A stretch of 64,000 nucleotides of DNA from Azolla caroliniana (GCA_043228905.1 JBHGNT010000007.1:17980001-18044000); one strand, 5' to 3'; counted from the first letter of the stretch, positions 12,251 through 26,690 are shown. The notes: a model not told the origin generated them from the letters alone. Program-made: numbers and translations.

Positions 12251-13772
12251 TTATGGGTGCACTTGCTCCTTTAGAGCAACCGATGTCATGAAACTAGTCA
12301 AAGCATGTTCCAATGCTGCATATGGATTTTCATGCACCACATCCTTAGAGTTGTCTATCGAACTCCTTTGTTTAGGTTCTCCCGCTTGACGAAAACCTCG
12401 AGAATTCGATGAATTTACAACCCGTCCCAATGAATCAAATTGAAGGTGAAGGGGTAATCCCTTATCCCTAAATTGTCTTTGCCAATGAACTTTTCGAGGA
12501 CCCTCCCTAGTTCTTGAATTACTTTTCCAAGTAGTCTCACGAGTAGTGGGCAAACTATTACGTTGCATATTCATTGATTTGCCTTTCGACTTGCCCTTAA
12601 CCTGATGCCAATCATTTTCAACAACAACATTACTAGTTCTATCCAACGATTTTTTCCCCTTATCTATAACCACCAAATTTTGTTTTTCCATATCCATAGA
12701 TTGAGTTCCCTTATTCTTAGGGCCAAAACCTTGAAGTGAAACCTCTTTATAACCTGCTCTAGATGATGTTCCTTCATCCATAACAACCACCATATCTGAC
12801 ACACCAACATCTCTCCCAACTCCTTCCTTACCATTCCCTTCATTAGGAACCTCTATAGTTGAAGGACAATGACGATGGCATTCCGCCATAAAGTGACCCC
12901 ATTCACCGCATCCAAAACAATGACCTGCAAATGTCTCCCACTTCAATTTAAAACAAAGTCTTTTCATTCCAGGTGTGTTCATACGCACCCATCCTAGCCT
13001 CTTACGACTTGTATCCCATAACACACAAAATCTACACTTATTTGTAGCATTTGCATGTGGAGATACCAACACTTTACCCATTTGACTCATCAACTCTGGT
13101 AAAAGTGGCCATAAAAAAGCATGCTTACAATCCATTGTTACCCAAACAGGGCATTCTTGTTTCAACAAAGCATGATAGTCCACAACAGGGGGACCATTGC
13201 ATTACATGCACCAATTGTTTATCAAAAAACACTAGAACTTTAGCCAATAGTGCACTTCGATGTTCCGGTGAACGAAACACTACATCATAAAACCCTCGTG
13301 GTCCTGCATATATATTCTCAACACAATTTGGTGACACAATTGTGTCCAACCATTGTTTAATCCAATTAATGTATGGGAGTTTCCCAGTAAAAAACAATAT
13401 AACTGAACGATCATAGAATACATCAAAAGATTGCAACACTACCTTAGCATCAACATCCACATCATGCACATCCTCATCATTGCATTCTTTCATTGCATTT
13501 TCATTTTCTTCCACAATATCAGACAATAAGGTATTGGCAATTCCCCAAAAAGTATCCCAATTACAATTATCTTTGTCAACCTCATCTACATGTATTACTT
13601 CGGCATATGTCGCTTTTTTCTCATTAATTTCCTCAATGCCCTTAAACCTCTTAGAGCTTCCAATGTCTTCCCTTTCACGATTACATTCAACCATCACATT
13701 ACTCTTTTTTGGATCAATTGTTTCCATATCGATGTCCCCCACAATTTGAGAGGAATTCATGTTTATATCCAT
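12251..13772 (-). pseudogene. LINE ORF1 (DUF4283-like region + CCHC zinc knuckle), one frameshift
   Basis: ORFs 13125-13772 and 12251-13183; CFGCGEWGHFMAEC knuckle; lies upstream of ORF2. Confidence 0.82.
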
Positions 13773-14029
13773 TATTCTTGATGTGATAGTGATCTGGGAT
13801 AAAAATAATTTTCCATGAACAAGAAAGACAACCGGAACTCACCCGATTGAAGGGGTCGAAGATGATGAATACAATCGAAGACCCACAATGTGTGTTGAGT
13901 ATGTGGATGCCAACAACACAAGATTCCTTATTTTAATTGCTGCTTCTCGCACAGACCACCAAATTTAACTTGCTATATCTCGTTACGAAGCTCTAATCGA
14001 GGGCTTTCCAACGCATGTCTTTATGATCG

Positions 14030-14031
<2 letters not shown>

Positions 14032-14063
<32 letters not shown>
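14032..14063. repeat. (TC)16 microsatellite
   Basis: Directly visible, between the LINE 5' end and the 3' end of a second LINE fragment. Confidence 0.95.
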
Positions 14064-14066
<3 letters not shown>

Positions 14067-14640
14067 ATAAATAATGGCTTTCATTATGAAAGAAAAAAAA
14101 CACCACCATGACTAGCTATAAAGTATAGAACCCTTCGAGGAAGCTAAATACTACTACGAATACAAACTCAATTCAAATAGCGGATATAATGATATGTGAC
14201 CTTGTAGAGTTCTCTCTCTTCATGGTTGAGATTTCATGACTTCTCTAGCACTGTCAATTGCCACAAAAGAAGACCTTTTAACTTTACAATATATTTTCTC
14301 ACCCCAACTTGTGAATCAAAAGTGAAGGCATTCCGCATATATTCCAATTGAACAATTGCCCGCAATACCTCAAGAACTCAAAATTAATTTGGAAATGAGG
14401 CATCGGTTCATTATTCTACATCTATGCAAAAACCAAACTGAAGGAAAATAGGCTTACTCTAATTATAGACATCCAGACTAAATTGATACACCTCCAAATC
14501 ATCCTGGCCATTGGGCATGAAAGAAATTGATGCCTACTATGTTCAAATTCCACTGAACAAAAGCAACACATTCCTCTAGCAATGTTTCTTTTTTTTAATG
14601 CATCCCCCAATGGTAAAGCTCCAACCACAACTCTCCAAAT
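14064..14640 (-). mobile_element. 5'-truncated 3' fragment of a related L1 LINE
   Basis: IWRVVVGALPLGDALKKRNIARGMCCFCSVEFEH aligns with IWRVLIGGLPLGLALKHRGLAIDNCFFCTIQMED of the full LINE. Confidence 0.8.
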
Positions 14641-16048
14641 GAATGAGAAAGCAAAGGAGTATGTGACGATGGACCGTCATACCGAAGCAAGGAGTGAGTT
14701 AGAAGATTCCGTAGATGAGGGCATGGAGGTACAAATGATGTAAATTCCTAGAGTGAAAAAAAGCATTGGAAGTGGCCATCCAACAACTTAGGAAATAAAT
14801 ATGCTCGTAGAATCCGATATAGAGGTATGAATACAATGGTTACATCACTAAGTATTATGCTTATATGATCAAAGTAATAGAAACATAGCTTATTACCTAG
14901 CTTTGATGAAGCTAAACACTGAGACATTTGAAACAGGTAATATGTCACATTCCCTCATTGATAATTACATGAGATGTCAAGAATTACCTTTTTTGAACGA
15001 ACTTTCAAGAACCTATCACGCACACGTACATGATTTTTAAAGGCATCACTCAATGCAATTAATATTTTGAAGATTATTCAAATACAAATTTATCCGATTC
15101 TTAGATAAGATGATGGGAATGCATCCAATTATAATTGTAATATGCTTCATTGTACAGAATGTTAAATTCAAATCCAACTTACTAAATTTAGAAATGCAAT
15201 TATGTTACTATATTTGTCTCCAAAATTTATAAAGATTGATATGTCAAGTTTGTAAATAGGATTTATGGATATAATTAGAAATTTTTTCGCAAAGGAATAT
15301 CTCATGAGATACCACACGCAAAAAAACCACTACGAACATTATATATCAATCATTCATGAACAATGTGAATGCATTATCATATGAGCAACCATCTTGACTT
15401 AATATTATTGTGTTTGCTCGAAACTAGTTTTTACCAAGATTAATGACAACATAAATCATATAATAAACATTAAGTTCAATTATATTAATCTAGAAACAAT
15501 TATAACCAACATTTGTTGTACAATCGATAAGTTGTTCATTGTCTAGTAGAGTAAGTTTTGTGCATACCTGTGTACTGTGTGTGTGCGAGGTCGTTACCTT
15601 CATAGCTGAACAGAGATAGTGAACGAGCAAGAGCATATTTGTTGTAACCACCTGTCGGCGAAGCACGCGAATTGAGGTCGGTGCCTATGAGTTCGTGTTA
15701 CTGTATATTGTCTTCTCATAGTGATTTGTTCGGTTTTTGTGGACACCCATGGTTTTTACCCGACTTGGGGGTTTCCATGTTAATATCTTGAGCACTTTTT
15801 TTTTTTTTTTCTCTCTATTTCTGCTTGTGTTCCCTATTCCGCATTCAACTCGGTTGTGGCCGAGTTCTGGTTCTTCTATCAAACTGGTATCAAAGCATAG
15901 AAAAATGGAAGATTCATTTGGGGGTATGTTCAAGCTAACCGGTTCCAACTATTCAGTGTGGAAGTCGAAGATGAGAGAATTGCTAGTGTGCAAAGACCTA
16001 TGGCTACTAGTACAGTTCGCAAGTTAAAGGCCGGACAAGATTGATGCA

Positions 16049-19000
16049 TGTTGAGAGACAAGCTCAACATCAGCCGGATCGGCTGAGCAAGCCGAGGACC
16101 GGATCGGTTGGGACCGATCGGTTAGGCCGGACCGGTGCGTAAAACGGATGCGTAAAACAGTACGTAGACCAGTGCGTAGGAAGGCTGTATTAGTGCGTAA
16201 ACCGAAAGTCCGTTAGAGAGATATTCCTTGTAAGGAATAGTTTTGGGAGTAAGAGTCGAGGCTCATTTATGAGCAGTCAAGTACTGTCAGTACTTGTGTC
16301 AGCTCAATTGTCAGGGCTTGTATAAAAGTGCTCACTGAGCACATCCTATGTACAGATTGAGTATTATCTTTTGGAATTAAGTTCTTGTGTTTACTCTCTC
16401 TCTGTCTCTCCTGTGCGTACTGTGCAAACCTAAGCTTTCCATTAAACCTGCGTTTTCAATTGTTTGGATTTTCCCTATATTGCTTCCGCACGCCATTCTT
16501 TTCATGGTATTAGAGCGCGAGGGTTGAGAACCTCTACAGCCGACTTTGCTTGGAGGAAAAACCAACGAAGACGAACAAGAAAACCGATGGACAGAGGAAT
16601 GGCTAGCTCGCTTCCAACGGAGAAGCTCGACAGAACCAACTACACATCTTGGTCCTACAAGATGCACCAATACCTTCTCGGACACGGTTACTGGAGCTAT
16701 GTCGATGGAGAAAATGACACAGCACCCGATTCGACACACAAAGACTTCCCGGTGTGGGAACAATCGGCGAGCAGAGTGCTGTACTGTTTCGCGTCTTGTG
16801 TGGGCGAACAACTGTTAAGCTATGTTCGGGATGCAAAAACGCCGAAGGGTGCGTGGGAAAATCTAAAGAAGATCTTCGCCGCGAGCACCATAGCCAGGAA
16901 GCTTCAACTTCGACAGGAGTTGAGCAACCTACGGCAACGCGATTTGTCGGTGGCTGACTATACCTCGAGGATTAAGGACATATGCGACTCCTTAGCTTCC
17001 ATCGATGTGAACATTGAGGAAAGCGAGATGGTCCAGGTCTGTCTCGGGGGTTTGGCGTCGAAGTTCGGGGCGTTCCGAACTGCTATGTGTACCTGGGAGA
17101 ATACGCCGTCCTTTTTCGACTTACAGTCGATGCTCCTGGTAGAGGAGAACCACGTGGGTGCATCAACAAGCATGCACACCGACAACAAGATGTTGTACAC
17201 GGAGGGAGATAGGCCCCGTGGTCGTGGCGGACGAGGCGAGTTGGTACGCAATGGAGGCGGCCGACGGGATCAAGGAAGAAGGCACCGAAGTGATCCCGAC
17301 AGCAATTCCGGATCCTCCGGAAACAGGGGGAGTCGAGGCGACGAGAACCAGCAAGGGAAATCCGCCGCGGAATGCTGGTACTATGGCAAGAAAGGCCACA
17401 GGGAGAGCGAGTGCTGGAAAAAGTGCGCCGATTCGGAGAGAACCGGGTCCGGAATAGGTTTCGGACAGACCGAGAAAGGAAATCGGCAACGATCACACTA
17501 CGCCGAAGGATCCGGAAAAGCCGGAAAAGGGTCAGTCTTCGTGACGAGACACGAAGCAAACTCAATGAAGAAGATCACCCCAAAGTCAGAGGAGGTGTGG
17601 TACGTCGACTCCGGCGCGTCAAACCACATGACGTGCCACGAGGAGTGTTCCTCATACCTTGAGAAACCGACACAACTAGGAGTAGTCGCAACCGGAGATG
17701 ACACTCCGCATCCGATCGTGAATGTCGGTGAAGTTCCCTTGAGCCATGTTGGGTAGAAAGGGAAACTTATGAACATGTTACACGTCCTGACCATCACCAA
17801 GAATCTGGTGTCGGTCAGGCAGATCGTCGACCAGGGTATGCAAGTTCGGTTTACACACCTCAGGTGCTTCATTGAGGAAGAAGGCCGTATTATTGCGCAA
17901 GGGCGAAGAGATGGGAGGATGTTCATCCTCGACTCTACTGACGGTGGCATCACAATGTTCACGAAGGGACAAAAAGTTGAGTCGGACATCGACTTATGGC
18001 ACAAACGGATAGGCCACGTCAACTACCAGCGACTTCAAGACCTGCAATCAAAATAAGTGGTGTTTGGATTGCCGAAATTTAGTGGCCGGAAGGTACAAAT
18101 TTGTGAAGCCTGCCAGCTTGGGAAGCAACACCGACTTCCATTCCCCAACGAGCGTAACCGGAGCCGGAACAAGCTCGACTTGATACACTCCGATGTGTGG
18201 GGAACGACACAAAACGTTAGTCGATATTTCGTCTCCTTCATCGACGACTACACGCGGCAAACGTGGATCTACCTCATTGAGAAGAAAAGAGAAGTCTTCG
18301 ACTGTTTCCGGGACCTCAAAGGGTTCGTGGAAACGGAAACAGGAAGAAAGATTAAGTGCCTGCGGTCGGATGGCGGAAAAGAATACTTTTCCGGTCAATT
18401 CAACGGTTATTTACAACAGATGGGAATTCGGCGCCAATTCAGTTATAGATACACGCCGGAACAAAACGGCGTGGCCGATAGGAAAAATCGGTTGGTTGTG
18501 GAAGCGGCACGGGCAATGCTGGAAGAAAAGAGCTTGCCCAAGTTTTATTGGGCCGAGGCGGTACGAACCGCGGTATACATCCAGAACCGGATCGGAGAAA
18601 GAGTGTCGGTGCATGAGCTATATTTCGGAACAAAGCCGAACTTGCAACACTTACGAGTTTTCGGTAGCATTGTGTATGTGCATGTGCCGAAGGAGAAACA
18701 GAGGAAGTTGGACGCGAAAGCCGAGAAATGTATCTTGGTCGGCTATTCGGATGAGCAGAAGGGTTATAAATGCTATAACCCGCGCACCAAACAAGCGCGT
18801 GTGAGCCGTGACGTTGTGTTTGACGATTCCGCGTCCTGGTACTTGCCTCCGACTCCGGACCTCACCTCCAATTCGAGTTCTGACGATGAGGCCAGCGAGG
18901 CCGGGATGCCTCTGGATGAGCCTGAAATCGGGACCTACGAAGAGAGTCCGATTTCGTTTCGGTTAAGTGGACCAAATGAACGACTGAGTCGGTACGACCA

Positions 19001-21790
19001 ATCCGATGAAGAGCCGGTGGGTAGTGGAGACTCAGCTGTGCATTCCCCACGCAGGAAGCTGAGGAGACGGCTTACGTGCAAAGAGAAAGGGAAGAAGAAG
19101 GTGTCGGATTCCGGCACGGATAGGAACAAGTCAGACCGACGCGAGTCCGACTTCGAGGGAAGCGGCGATGGGTCTTCAAGAGCGAAGTCCGCGTCGGCCG
19201 AGAAGACCTCGACATCGGCTAATGACCGATTACGCCGATCCACCTGCCAGAACAACCCAGTTGTGTGGTTCGGGTACAACGAGTATATGGCGCATCATTA
19301 TGCGTACATGACCCGTGTAGCGGATGTGCGTGAGCCGGAGAGCTACGCAAAAGCGGCTAAGGACGCGAATTGGCACGCCTCGATGGAGGAAGGGATGCAC
19401 ACGTTGGTGGAAAACGAGACCTGGGACCTGGTTGACGCACCGAAAGGTGTGAAGCCGATCAGATGTAGGTGGGTGTACAAGGTCAAGTACAACACTGACG
19501 GCTCGGTCAACCGATACAAGGCCCGGTTAGTGGCAAAAGGCTACGCGCAGAAGCACGACATCAATTTCGATGAGACGTTTGTGCCGGTCGCAAAGATGAC
19601 GACCGTCCGTGTTTTGCTCGCGGTAGCCGCGGCCAAGGGGTGGCATTTACATCAGATGGATGTAAAGAATGCGTTCCTGCAAGGTGAGCTTGAGGACCAA
19701 GTGTACATGGTACAGCCCCCCGGATTTCACTCCGGAACGAACACGTCGGCAGTGTGCCGATTGAAGAAGTCCCTTTACGGATTGAAGCAAGCCCCGTGTG
19801 CTTGGAATGCGAAGATCACGCATCGGTTGCGTTGGATGGGCTTTGCGACATCAAAATCAGACTCCTCACTGTTCGTTCGGAAAGGTCGACTTGGGCCGGT
19901 CAATATTTTACTCTATGTTGATGACTTGGTCATCACCGGTGCCGACCTAGGTGAAATCAACCGCTTGAAGCTCCAGCTTGTGGCATTGTTCAACATGAAG
20001 GATCTGGGGGACCTTCATTACTTCCTCGGGATCGAAGTAATCCGCACCCCCGAAGGCATACTGATCAGCCAACGTCATTACGCGCTGAATATGCTCTTCA
20101 AATTCAGGATGGCAGACTGTAAGTCCGTCTCGACTCCTCTTGACAGAACTGTCAAGCTTCGCCCCAATTATGGCAAGGTATGCGACCCAATGAGGTTTTG
20201 ACAAATTGTCGGAAGCCTTATTTACTTAACAATCACCTGACCCGATCTCAGTTATCTGGTCGGGGTGATAAGTCAGTTTATGGCGCGGCCTACCAAGGAG
20301 CACCTTCAGTGTGCGCAACGCGTACTGCGGTACGTAAGCGGCACTAAGGACCGGGGATTGCTATATCGGACCGATACAACCCCGCAGTTGGTCGGCTACA
20401 CCAATGCCGACTGGGCCGGTAATGTCGCCGATCGCCGATCCACGTCGGGATACGCGTTCTCTCTTGGGAGTGCCGCGATAGCGTGGAGTAGCAAGAAGTA
20501 GCCGATAGTTGCATTGTCGAGCACCGAAGCTGAATATAGAGGAGCGGCTGTCGCGACATGTGAAGCCATATGGTTGAAGCGGCTACTTAAGGATCTGCAG
20601 GTGGAGGTGTCCGATCCGATGACGATCTACTGCGACAACCTCAGCAGCATCCAGCTCGCGAAGAACCCCGTTTTCCATGCACGGACCAAGCACATTGAGG
20701 TGCACTACCATTTTGTCTGTGAGCGTGTCCTCTTTGGTGAAGTCAAACTTTAGTATGTTCCGACGGATCGGCAGATCGCCAACATCTTCACCAAGCCTCT
20801 TGGACTGGACAAGTTGCGGCAATTCTTGGGTGCGCTTGGGTTGCGTCACCTCGACGTGCCGAGCTTGAGCGGGAGAGAAGACCGTGAGTCGGATGACGAA
20901 TACGATTTCGGTTCGGCTGAAGGAGCTGAGGCCGGATCCGCGGAAGAGTCCAAAAGTGACCACAAGGGGAGTAGCCGAAAGAAAACGCCGGAGCCAACCA
21001 AGCATGGGGGAGATGATGCCGTCAAGGGCGAGAAGACCGAAGACGAGTTGGAGATAGCCAACTCGGACGAGAGCGAAAATCGATCGGAGGTAGTCGAGTC
21101 GGTTCAAATGTTTGATTCGGATACACTGAATCAACCGAGGGCCAAGCGGAAAAGAAGGCAGCAGGAGAAGCACCAACACCGCGACAACAAGGGAGCTGTG
21201 AAGGGCCGTACCGACTGGAAGGGTCGAAGCGCGGAGTCGAACAAGCCGAAGAGCGCGAGCGAGGCGTGGAGCCAAGTGGAACCGGAGCGGTGATCCGGAA
21301 GATCTCGAAGAGCCTCAAGTTGAGCTTGAGGGAGTGTTGAGAGACAAGCTCAACATCGGCCGGATCGGTTGAGCAAGCTGAGGACCGGATCGGTTGGGAC
21401 CGATCGGTTAGGCCGGACCAGTGCGTAAAACGAATGCGTAAAACGGTATGCAGACTAGTGCGTAGGAAGGCCGTATCGGTGTGTAAACCGAAAGGCTGTT
21501 AGAGAGATATTCCTCGTAAGGAATAGTTTTGGGAGTAAGAGTTGAGGCTCATTTATGAGTAGTTAAGTACTGTCAGTACTTGTGTCAGCCCGATTGTCAA
21601 AGCTTGTATAAAAGTGCTCACTGAGCACATCCTATGTACAGATTGAGTATTATCTTTTGGAATTAAGTTCTTGTGTTTACTCTCTCTCTGTCTCTCCTGT
21701 GCGTACTGTGCAAACCTAAGCTTTCCATTAAACCTGCGTTTTCAGTTGTTCGGTTTTTCCCTATATTGCTTCCGCACGCCATTCTTTTCA
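16049..21790 (+). mobile_element. Full-length Ty1/copia LTR retrotransposon G
   Basis: 456-bp TG..CA LTRs at 16049-16504 and 21335-21790 (about 25 mismatches, mostly transitions); 5-bp TSD ATGCA; PBS TGGTATTAGAGC 16505-16516; PPT GAGGGAG before the 3' LTR. Confidence 0.96.
16599..21293 (+). pseudogene. Copia G gag-PR-INT-RT-RH polyprotein with premature stops
   Basis: WYVDSGASNHMT protease; HSDVWG and RSDGGKEY integrase; YKARLVAKG and LLYVDDL RT; RTKHIEVHYH RNase H; several C-to-T nonsense codons. Confidence 0.93.
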
Positions 21791-24504
21791 ATGCATCGAC
21801 TTGGGAAGTGTTGCATCTAAAGGCAACAACATACATTAGGTGTTTTATAGAATAGAGTCTATTCAACAACTTTGATGACGAGAACAAGGCTGATGTCCTT
21901 TGGAGAAGATTTGCATCATGTTTGAGAATAAGAATGCCATAAATAGAGTCTCAGTTTTCAGAAAGGTCGTGAGACCCAAGTATCAGGATGGCTCAAGCAT
22001 GGCAGAGCACCTGAATTCCTTCCAAGGACTTATGAACCAAACAACCTGTCTAGAAGTACCTCTAGCCGATGAGGTACTAGCATTATTATTGCTGGGATCC
22101 CTTTCGGACAGTTGGGAGACACTTGTTGTCACACTAGGACTTGCCGGACCGGAAGGGAAGCATCTAACCCTAGAGAAGGTGAAGTCGAGCTTGCTGAATG
22201 AGGAAGATCATTGGAAGGATAAGGAGGCAATTTACAACCCGAAGGCCCTGTTCACGGAAAGTGATACTTATAGAGGAAGAGGCTGAAATCGGAGTTCCCA
22301 GAACCGAGAGAAGTCGAGGATGAGGTCTAAGTCGAGAGGAAGGCCCCCATGCTTTTACTGTGGAAAGCTAAGGCACTTCCAGAAGAATTATCAAAACTTC
22401 CAAAAGGAGAAAGGGGGAGCCGACAATGACGACTCAAAGAAGAGCTTGGATCGGAAAGGCACGTTGGCTATCACGACAAGTGAAGAGGAATTGTTGCTCA
22501 TCAGTGAGCAAACTGAAGTGAACCTTGTCAGTGATGAATCAACATGGGTGGTCGATTCGGGAGCGTCGTTCCATCTAACCCCTGATAGAAAGTGCTTCTC
22601 ATCCTACAAGGTGGGAGACCACAGTCTTGTAAGGATGGGAAATTAAGACGTATGCCAAATTGTCGGCATTGGAGATGTGTGCCTGGTAACGTCGATTGGT
22701 ACTGAAAGATCTCCAACACATTCCAGAGGTCTGACTGAACCTGATATCAGCTGGATGGCTGGATGACAAAGGCTACACGGGTAACATCCGGAACAGAGTT
22801 ATGAAGTTTAACAAAGGGAGCTTGTTTGTGGCCTGAGCTCAAAAGGTCAACACTCTATATCTGATGCATGCTCGATTATGTTGAGAGGAAGTAAATGTGG
22901 CAATCGACACAATTGGTGAGCTGTGGTTCAAGAAGCTATGCCATATGAGCCAGAAGGGGATGCAAAGACTTGCCGATGATAACCTCATTCTAGAGATGAA
23001 GAACGTACAACTTGAGAAGTGCATAGATTGCTTGGCCACCAAGCAGAATCGAACCTCCTTTCGAACAAGGCCCCCAATGAGGAAGAAGACACCGCTAGAA
23101 CTTGTGGATATTGACATATGCTACGTGGACTCAAAGTCACATGCTGGTTCACAGTACATCGTGACCTTCATAGATGAATGTAGTCAGAAGTTGTGGGCTT
23201 CTGTCTTGAAAACGAAGGACCAGGTGTTATCTGTTTTCAACGAGTTCCAAGCCAGGGCCGAGAGGTAGACCGATCGAAAACTGAAAGTAGTATGAGTGGA
23301 CAATGGCAGTGAATACCGGGTAATTAGAAAAGTAATGCCGAACTCAAGGTATTCGGCTCGAGTACACAGTACCAGAAATGCTAGAGCTCAACGGATTGGG
23401 CGAGAGGATGAAACTGACCATAATGGAGAGGGTCTGAAGTGTGTTGGCACATGCGGAATTGTTCAAAATGTTCTGGGCTGAAGCATTGAACAACGATGTA
23501 CGTGATAAACAGATCGCCCTCAACACCCTTGGACGGAGACATCCCATGGAGAGTGTGGACTGGCAAAGACGTGTCATACCGACACCTGAAGGTGTTTGGC
23601 TTTCTTGCCTACATGCATGTGGGGCCAAAGGGGAAAATTAGATCCAAAATCTCGGCCATGCATATTTTTTGGCTATGGAGATGACGAATTCGGCTACCGA
23701 CTATGGGACTTAATCTACAAGAAGGTCGTTCGGAGCCGAGACATAGTCGTCATGGAAGAGAAGACTATTGTTGACTAGGAAAAGGAGAAGTTGGACACAT
23801 CCACCTGACCAGTCGAAGGTTGAAGGCCGATTGAAGAACATGGAGAGCTGATTGAATTCCGATGCCAATCGGGTGTCAGAGTCGAACACATAGTCGGATC
23901 CAATGAAGACGACGAGATTGCCAACTCAAACCTAGATGAAGAACCAGACGAAGAAGAAGAAGAAGAAGTCGAACAGGATCCGACTAGGGAAAAATAGAGG
24001 AAGACGATACCCTTTGATTGGAATGCTGAAGAAGGCCTTGAGTAGGTCATTCTCAATGAAAGATATGAGTCCGACAAAATAAAACTTGGGGATGCACATA
24101 GTTCGAGATCGGACAAAGACGATGCTATGGTTGTCACAGGAAAAATACGTGACAAAGGTGCTCCAAAGATTTGGCATGGAAAGCTTTGAAACCAATCGGT
24201 TTGACACTTGTGACAAATAGAAAGCTATCATCGACAGTGTCCGAAGAGGAAGATGGAGAAAGCTAAGATGATGATGGTGCCATTTGCCTCAGCAGCTAGA
24301 AGCCTGATGTACGCGACGGTATGTACCAAGCCGGACATAGGATATGTTGTTGGAGTCGTCAACCGATACATGAGCAACTCCGGAAGAGAGCACTAGACAA
24401 CAATTAAGTGAATACTTCGGTACCTAATAAGGCACCTCGAGCATATGTCTTCGATTCGGTTCTAGTAACCATGTGTTAGAAGGCTTTACCGACACAGACA
24501 TGTC

Positions 24505-26690
24505 TGTTGAGAACGCAGCCGTCTAGGTGTGGAACAATCTCTGCTTCGTTCTAGTGAAAGATCATTAACAAGTACATGTAAAGTAGATTGATGACAACAA
24601 GCAACTGAATCAAGCAACAAGATCAACACGAATGCAAGAAGAAGAAAAAAATAGAAAGTGTAAGCACAAGATGAACTGTATTACTCAAGCTCTCAACGAC
24701 ACAATATACAAGATGAACCACACCTTTCAAACTAGGTTACAAAGCCCATTATATACTAACTGGACTAGGGCAACTGCCCTTTGACATATTCACGGAAATG
24801 ACATAGTCCTGAACAAAGTGATCAATATCGAACATCGATATGCTTGGAGGCGTTGTGATGAACCAGATTTTTAGACAGAGCAACAATGCCTTGACTTTCT
24901 CCATATAAAACTGGAGCCGAGTCGGATTCGACTTGTTGAAACGTACAAGCCAGCCAACCGAGCCATAAGGCCTCCTTCATCGCATCGGACGTGGCTACGT
25001 ATTCGACCTCAGTCATTGATGTGGTAGTGCACTCTTGAGGTTTTGATTTCCACGAAATCGCTCCATTGCCGAATTTGAAACAATATCTGGTTGTCGATTT
25101 TTGACTGTCCACACAACCAACAAAGTTCGAGTTGGTATAACTGACTACGCCCGAGGTATTGTTCGGGCTGAATAAGATGCCATAGTCTTTTGTGCCCATA
25201 AGATATTTGAACACATGCTTTACTGCGTTCCAATGCGATCGGCCGGGATTGTGCATGAATATGCTGATGACTCCAACAACGTGAGCATTGTCAAGCTGTG
25301 TCGCGACCATCACGTACATCAAGGAGCCGACTACCGGTGCATGCAGTACCGACTTCATAGTTTCCCTCTCTGAACCGGACGTCGGGCAGGCTCTCTAAGA
25401 TAGCTGAGTGCTAATGAGAAGCGGGGTCGAAGCAGATTTGGCCGATTGCATGCTGAAGCATTCCAAGACACGTCCAATGTAGTCAGATTGAGACAAAAAC
25501 AACTGTCTTCAATTTTGATTCCGACTTATCTTCATTCTGAGAATGTGTCTTGCCGGACTGAGATCCGTCATGGCAAACTTTAACCGCAGTGGCCGAACAA
25601 GTTCGGCGAGCTCTCCGGCATGTAGACCGGAGAGTAGCATGTCATCCATGTAGATGATGAGGAAGATGGGTGACCCATCTTGAGCTGTTTTCGTGAAGAG
25701 GAAGTGGTCCTCATCGAACTTCTTGTACCACTGTCATGGTGCTTGTTTTAGGCCATACAGACTCTTCCTGGGTCGGAAGACTAGATGTTCTTGGCCAAAT
25801 TCCACAAAGCCTTGCGGGAGCTCCATATAAATTTCCTCCTCTAAATCACCATCGAGATAGGCCGTCTTTACATCTAATTGTATAAGCTCCAAATTCTTGG
25901 TTGCCACCATGCCGAGCATAAATCAAAAGGTTTCATTTTCGAAACAGACGCCATATTCTTGTCGAAACCCTTTCGCAACTAAACTGGCCTTGAATTTTGG
26001 GGTGATTGAATCAGACGTCTCTTTTAGTCTGTAGACCAACTTGCATGGAAGAGCACGCCAATTTTTCGGTAATTCGACCAGGTTCCAAGTTTTGCTTGCT
26101 CGAATGGAGTTCATTTGCAACTCATCGCCAAATGCCATGTGGCCGAATCCGCGGATATCGATGCTTCTTCGTATGACGTCGGTTCACCGACTTCTGTGAA
26201 GAATACTGCAGGAGAGTACCTCTCTGGGGGTTGCGACAGTCTCTCAGATCATTGAGGTATCACTGGACTTATCGCATCGGGTATCGAGGTTGGATGGTCT
26301 ACAGTCGAACCACTCGGTTGTTTCGAGTCGAGCGTTATCGAGTCAGGGCTTGAGAATTCGATTACCTGTGAAGCCGATCTCTTGTTATGGGTTGGGCTTT
26401 CGTGAAGGGTCGACACTTTGGAAAAAGTGACCCTTCGAACTTCAATAGGTCTTTCGGCCGTCTTATGCATAGTTGACTCATTGAACATGACGTCTGAACT
26501 TCGCATGATCTGTCTGTGTTATGGATCCCAAAGTCGGTAACTGATTTCGCCATCTGGTCCATAACTAAGGAAAATACATTTCTTGTACCGCGGTTCGAGT
26601 TTTTGGCAATTGTCCTTTAGGATGAGGGCGTACGCCTTGCACCCGAAATCCTTAGTTATTCGTAATTCGACTTACTGCCGGTCCATAATT
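24505..26690 (-). mobile_element. Truncated Ty1/copia element H (partial 3' LTR plus INT-RT-RH remnants)
   Basis: Begins TGTTGA at 24505, interrupting the RNase H of A; minus-strand DVKTAYLDGDLEEEIYM, KSLYGLKQAP and SKHIDVRY; internal deletions; far end not found. Confidence 0.8.

Larger units (their letters stand above)
8299..14031 (-). mobile_element. Near full-length L1-clade LINE, decayed
   Basis: ORF1 with zinc knuckle, ORF2 with APE endonuclease, RT and zf-RVT, all on the minus strand; bounded by microsatellites. Ends approximate. Confidence 0.9.
15570..24504 (+). mobile_element. Ty1/copia element A (Tork/Tnt1-like), decayed; interrupted by element G at 16049-21790 and cut by element H at 24505
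   Basis: Partial 5' LTR ending ...CTATCA (15881); PBS TGGTATCAAAGC (tRNA-iMet) 15885-15896; gag MEDSFGGMFKL from 15905 resumes after the ATGCA TSD; WVVDSGASFH protease, integrase and RT/RH remnants. Left boundary approximate. Confidence 0.85.

Noticed and set aside
14641-15570. Possible downstream SUA exon in the AT-rich interval
   Set aside because: No G-patch-like peptide or convincing exon found in the frames I read.
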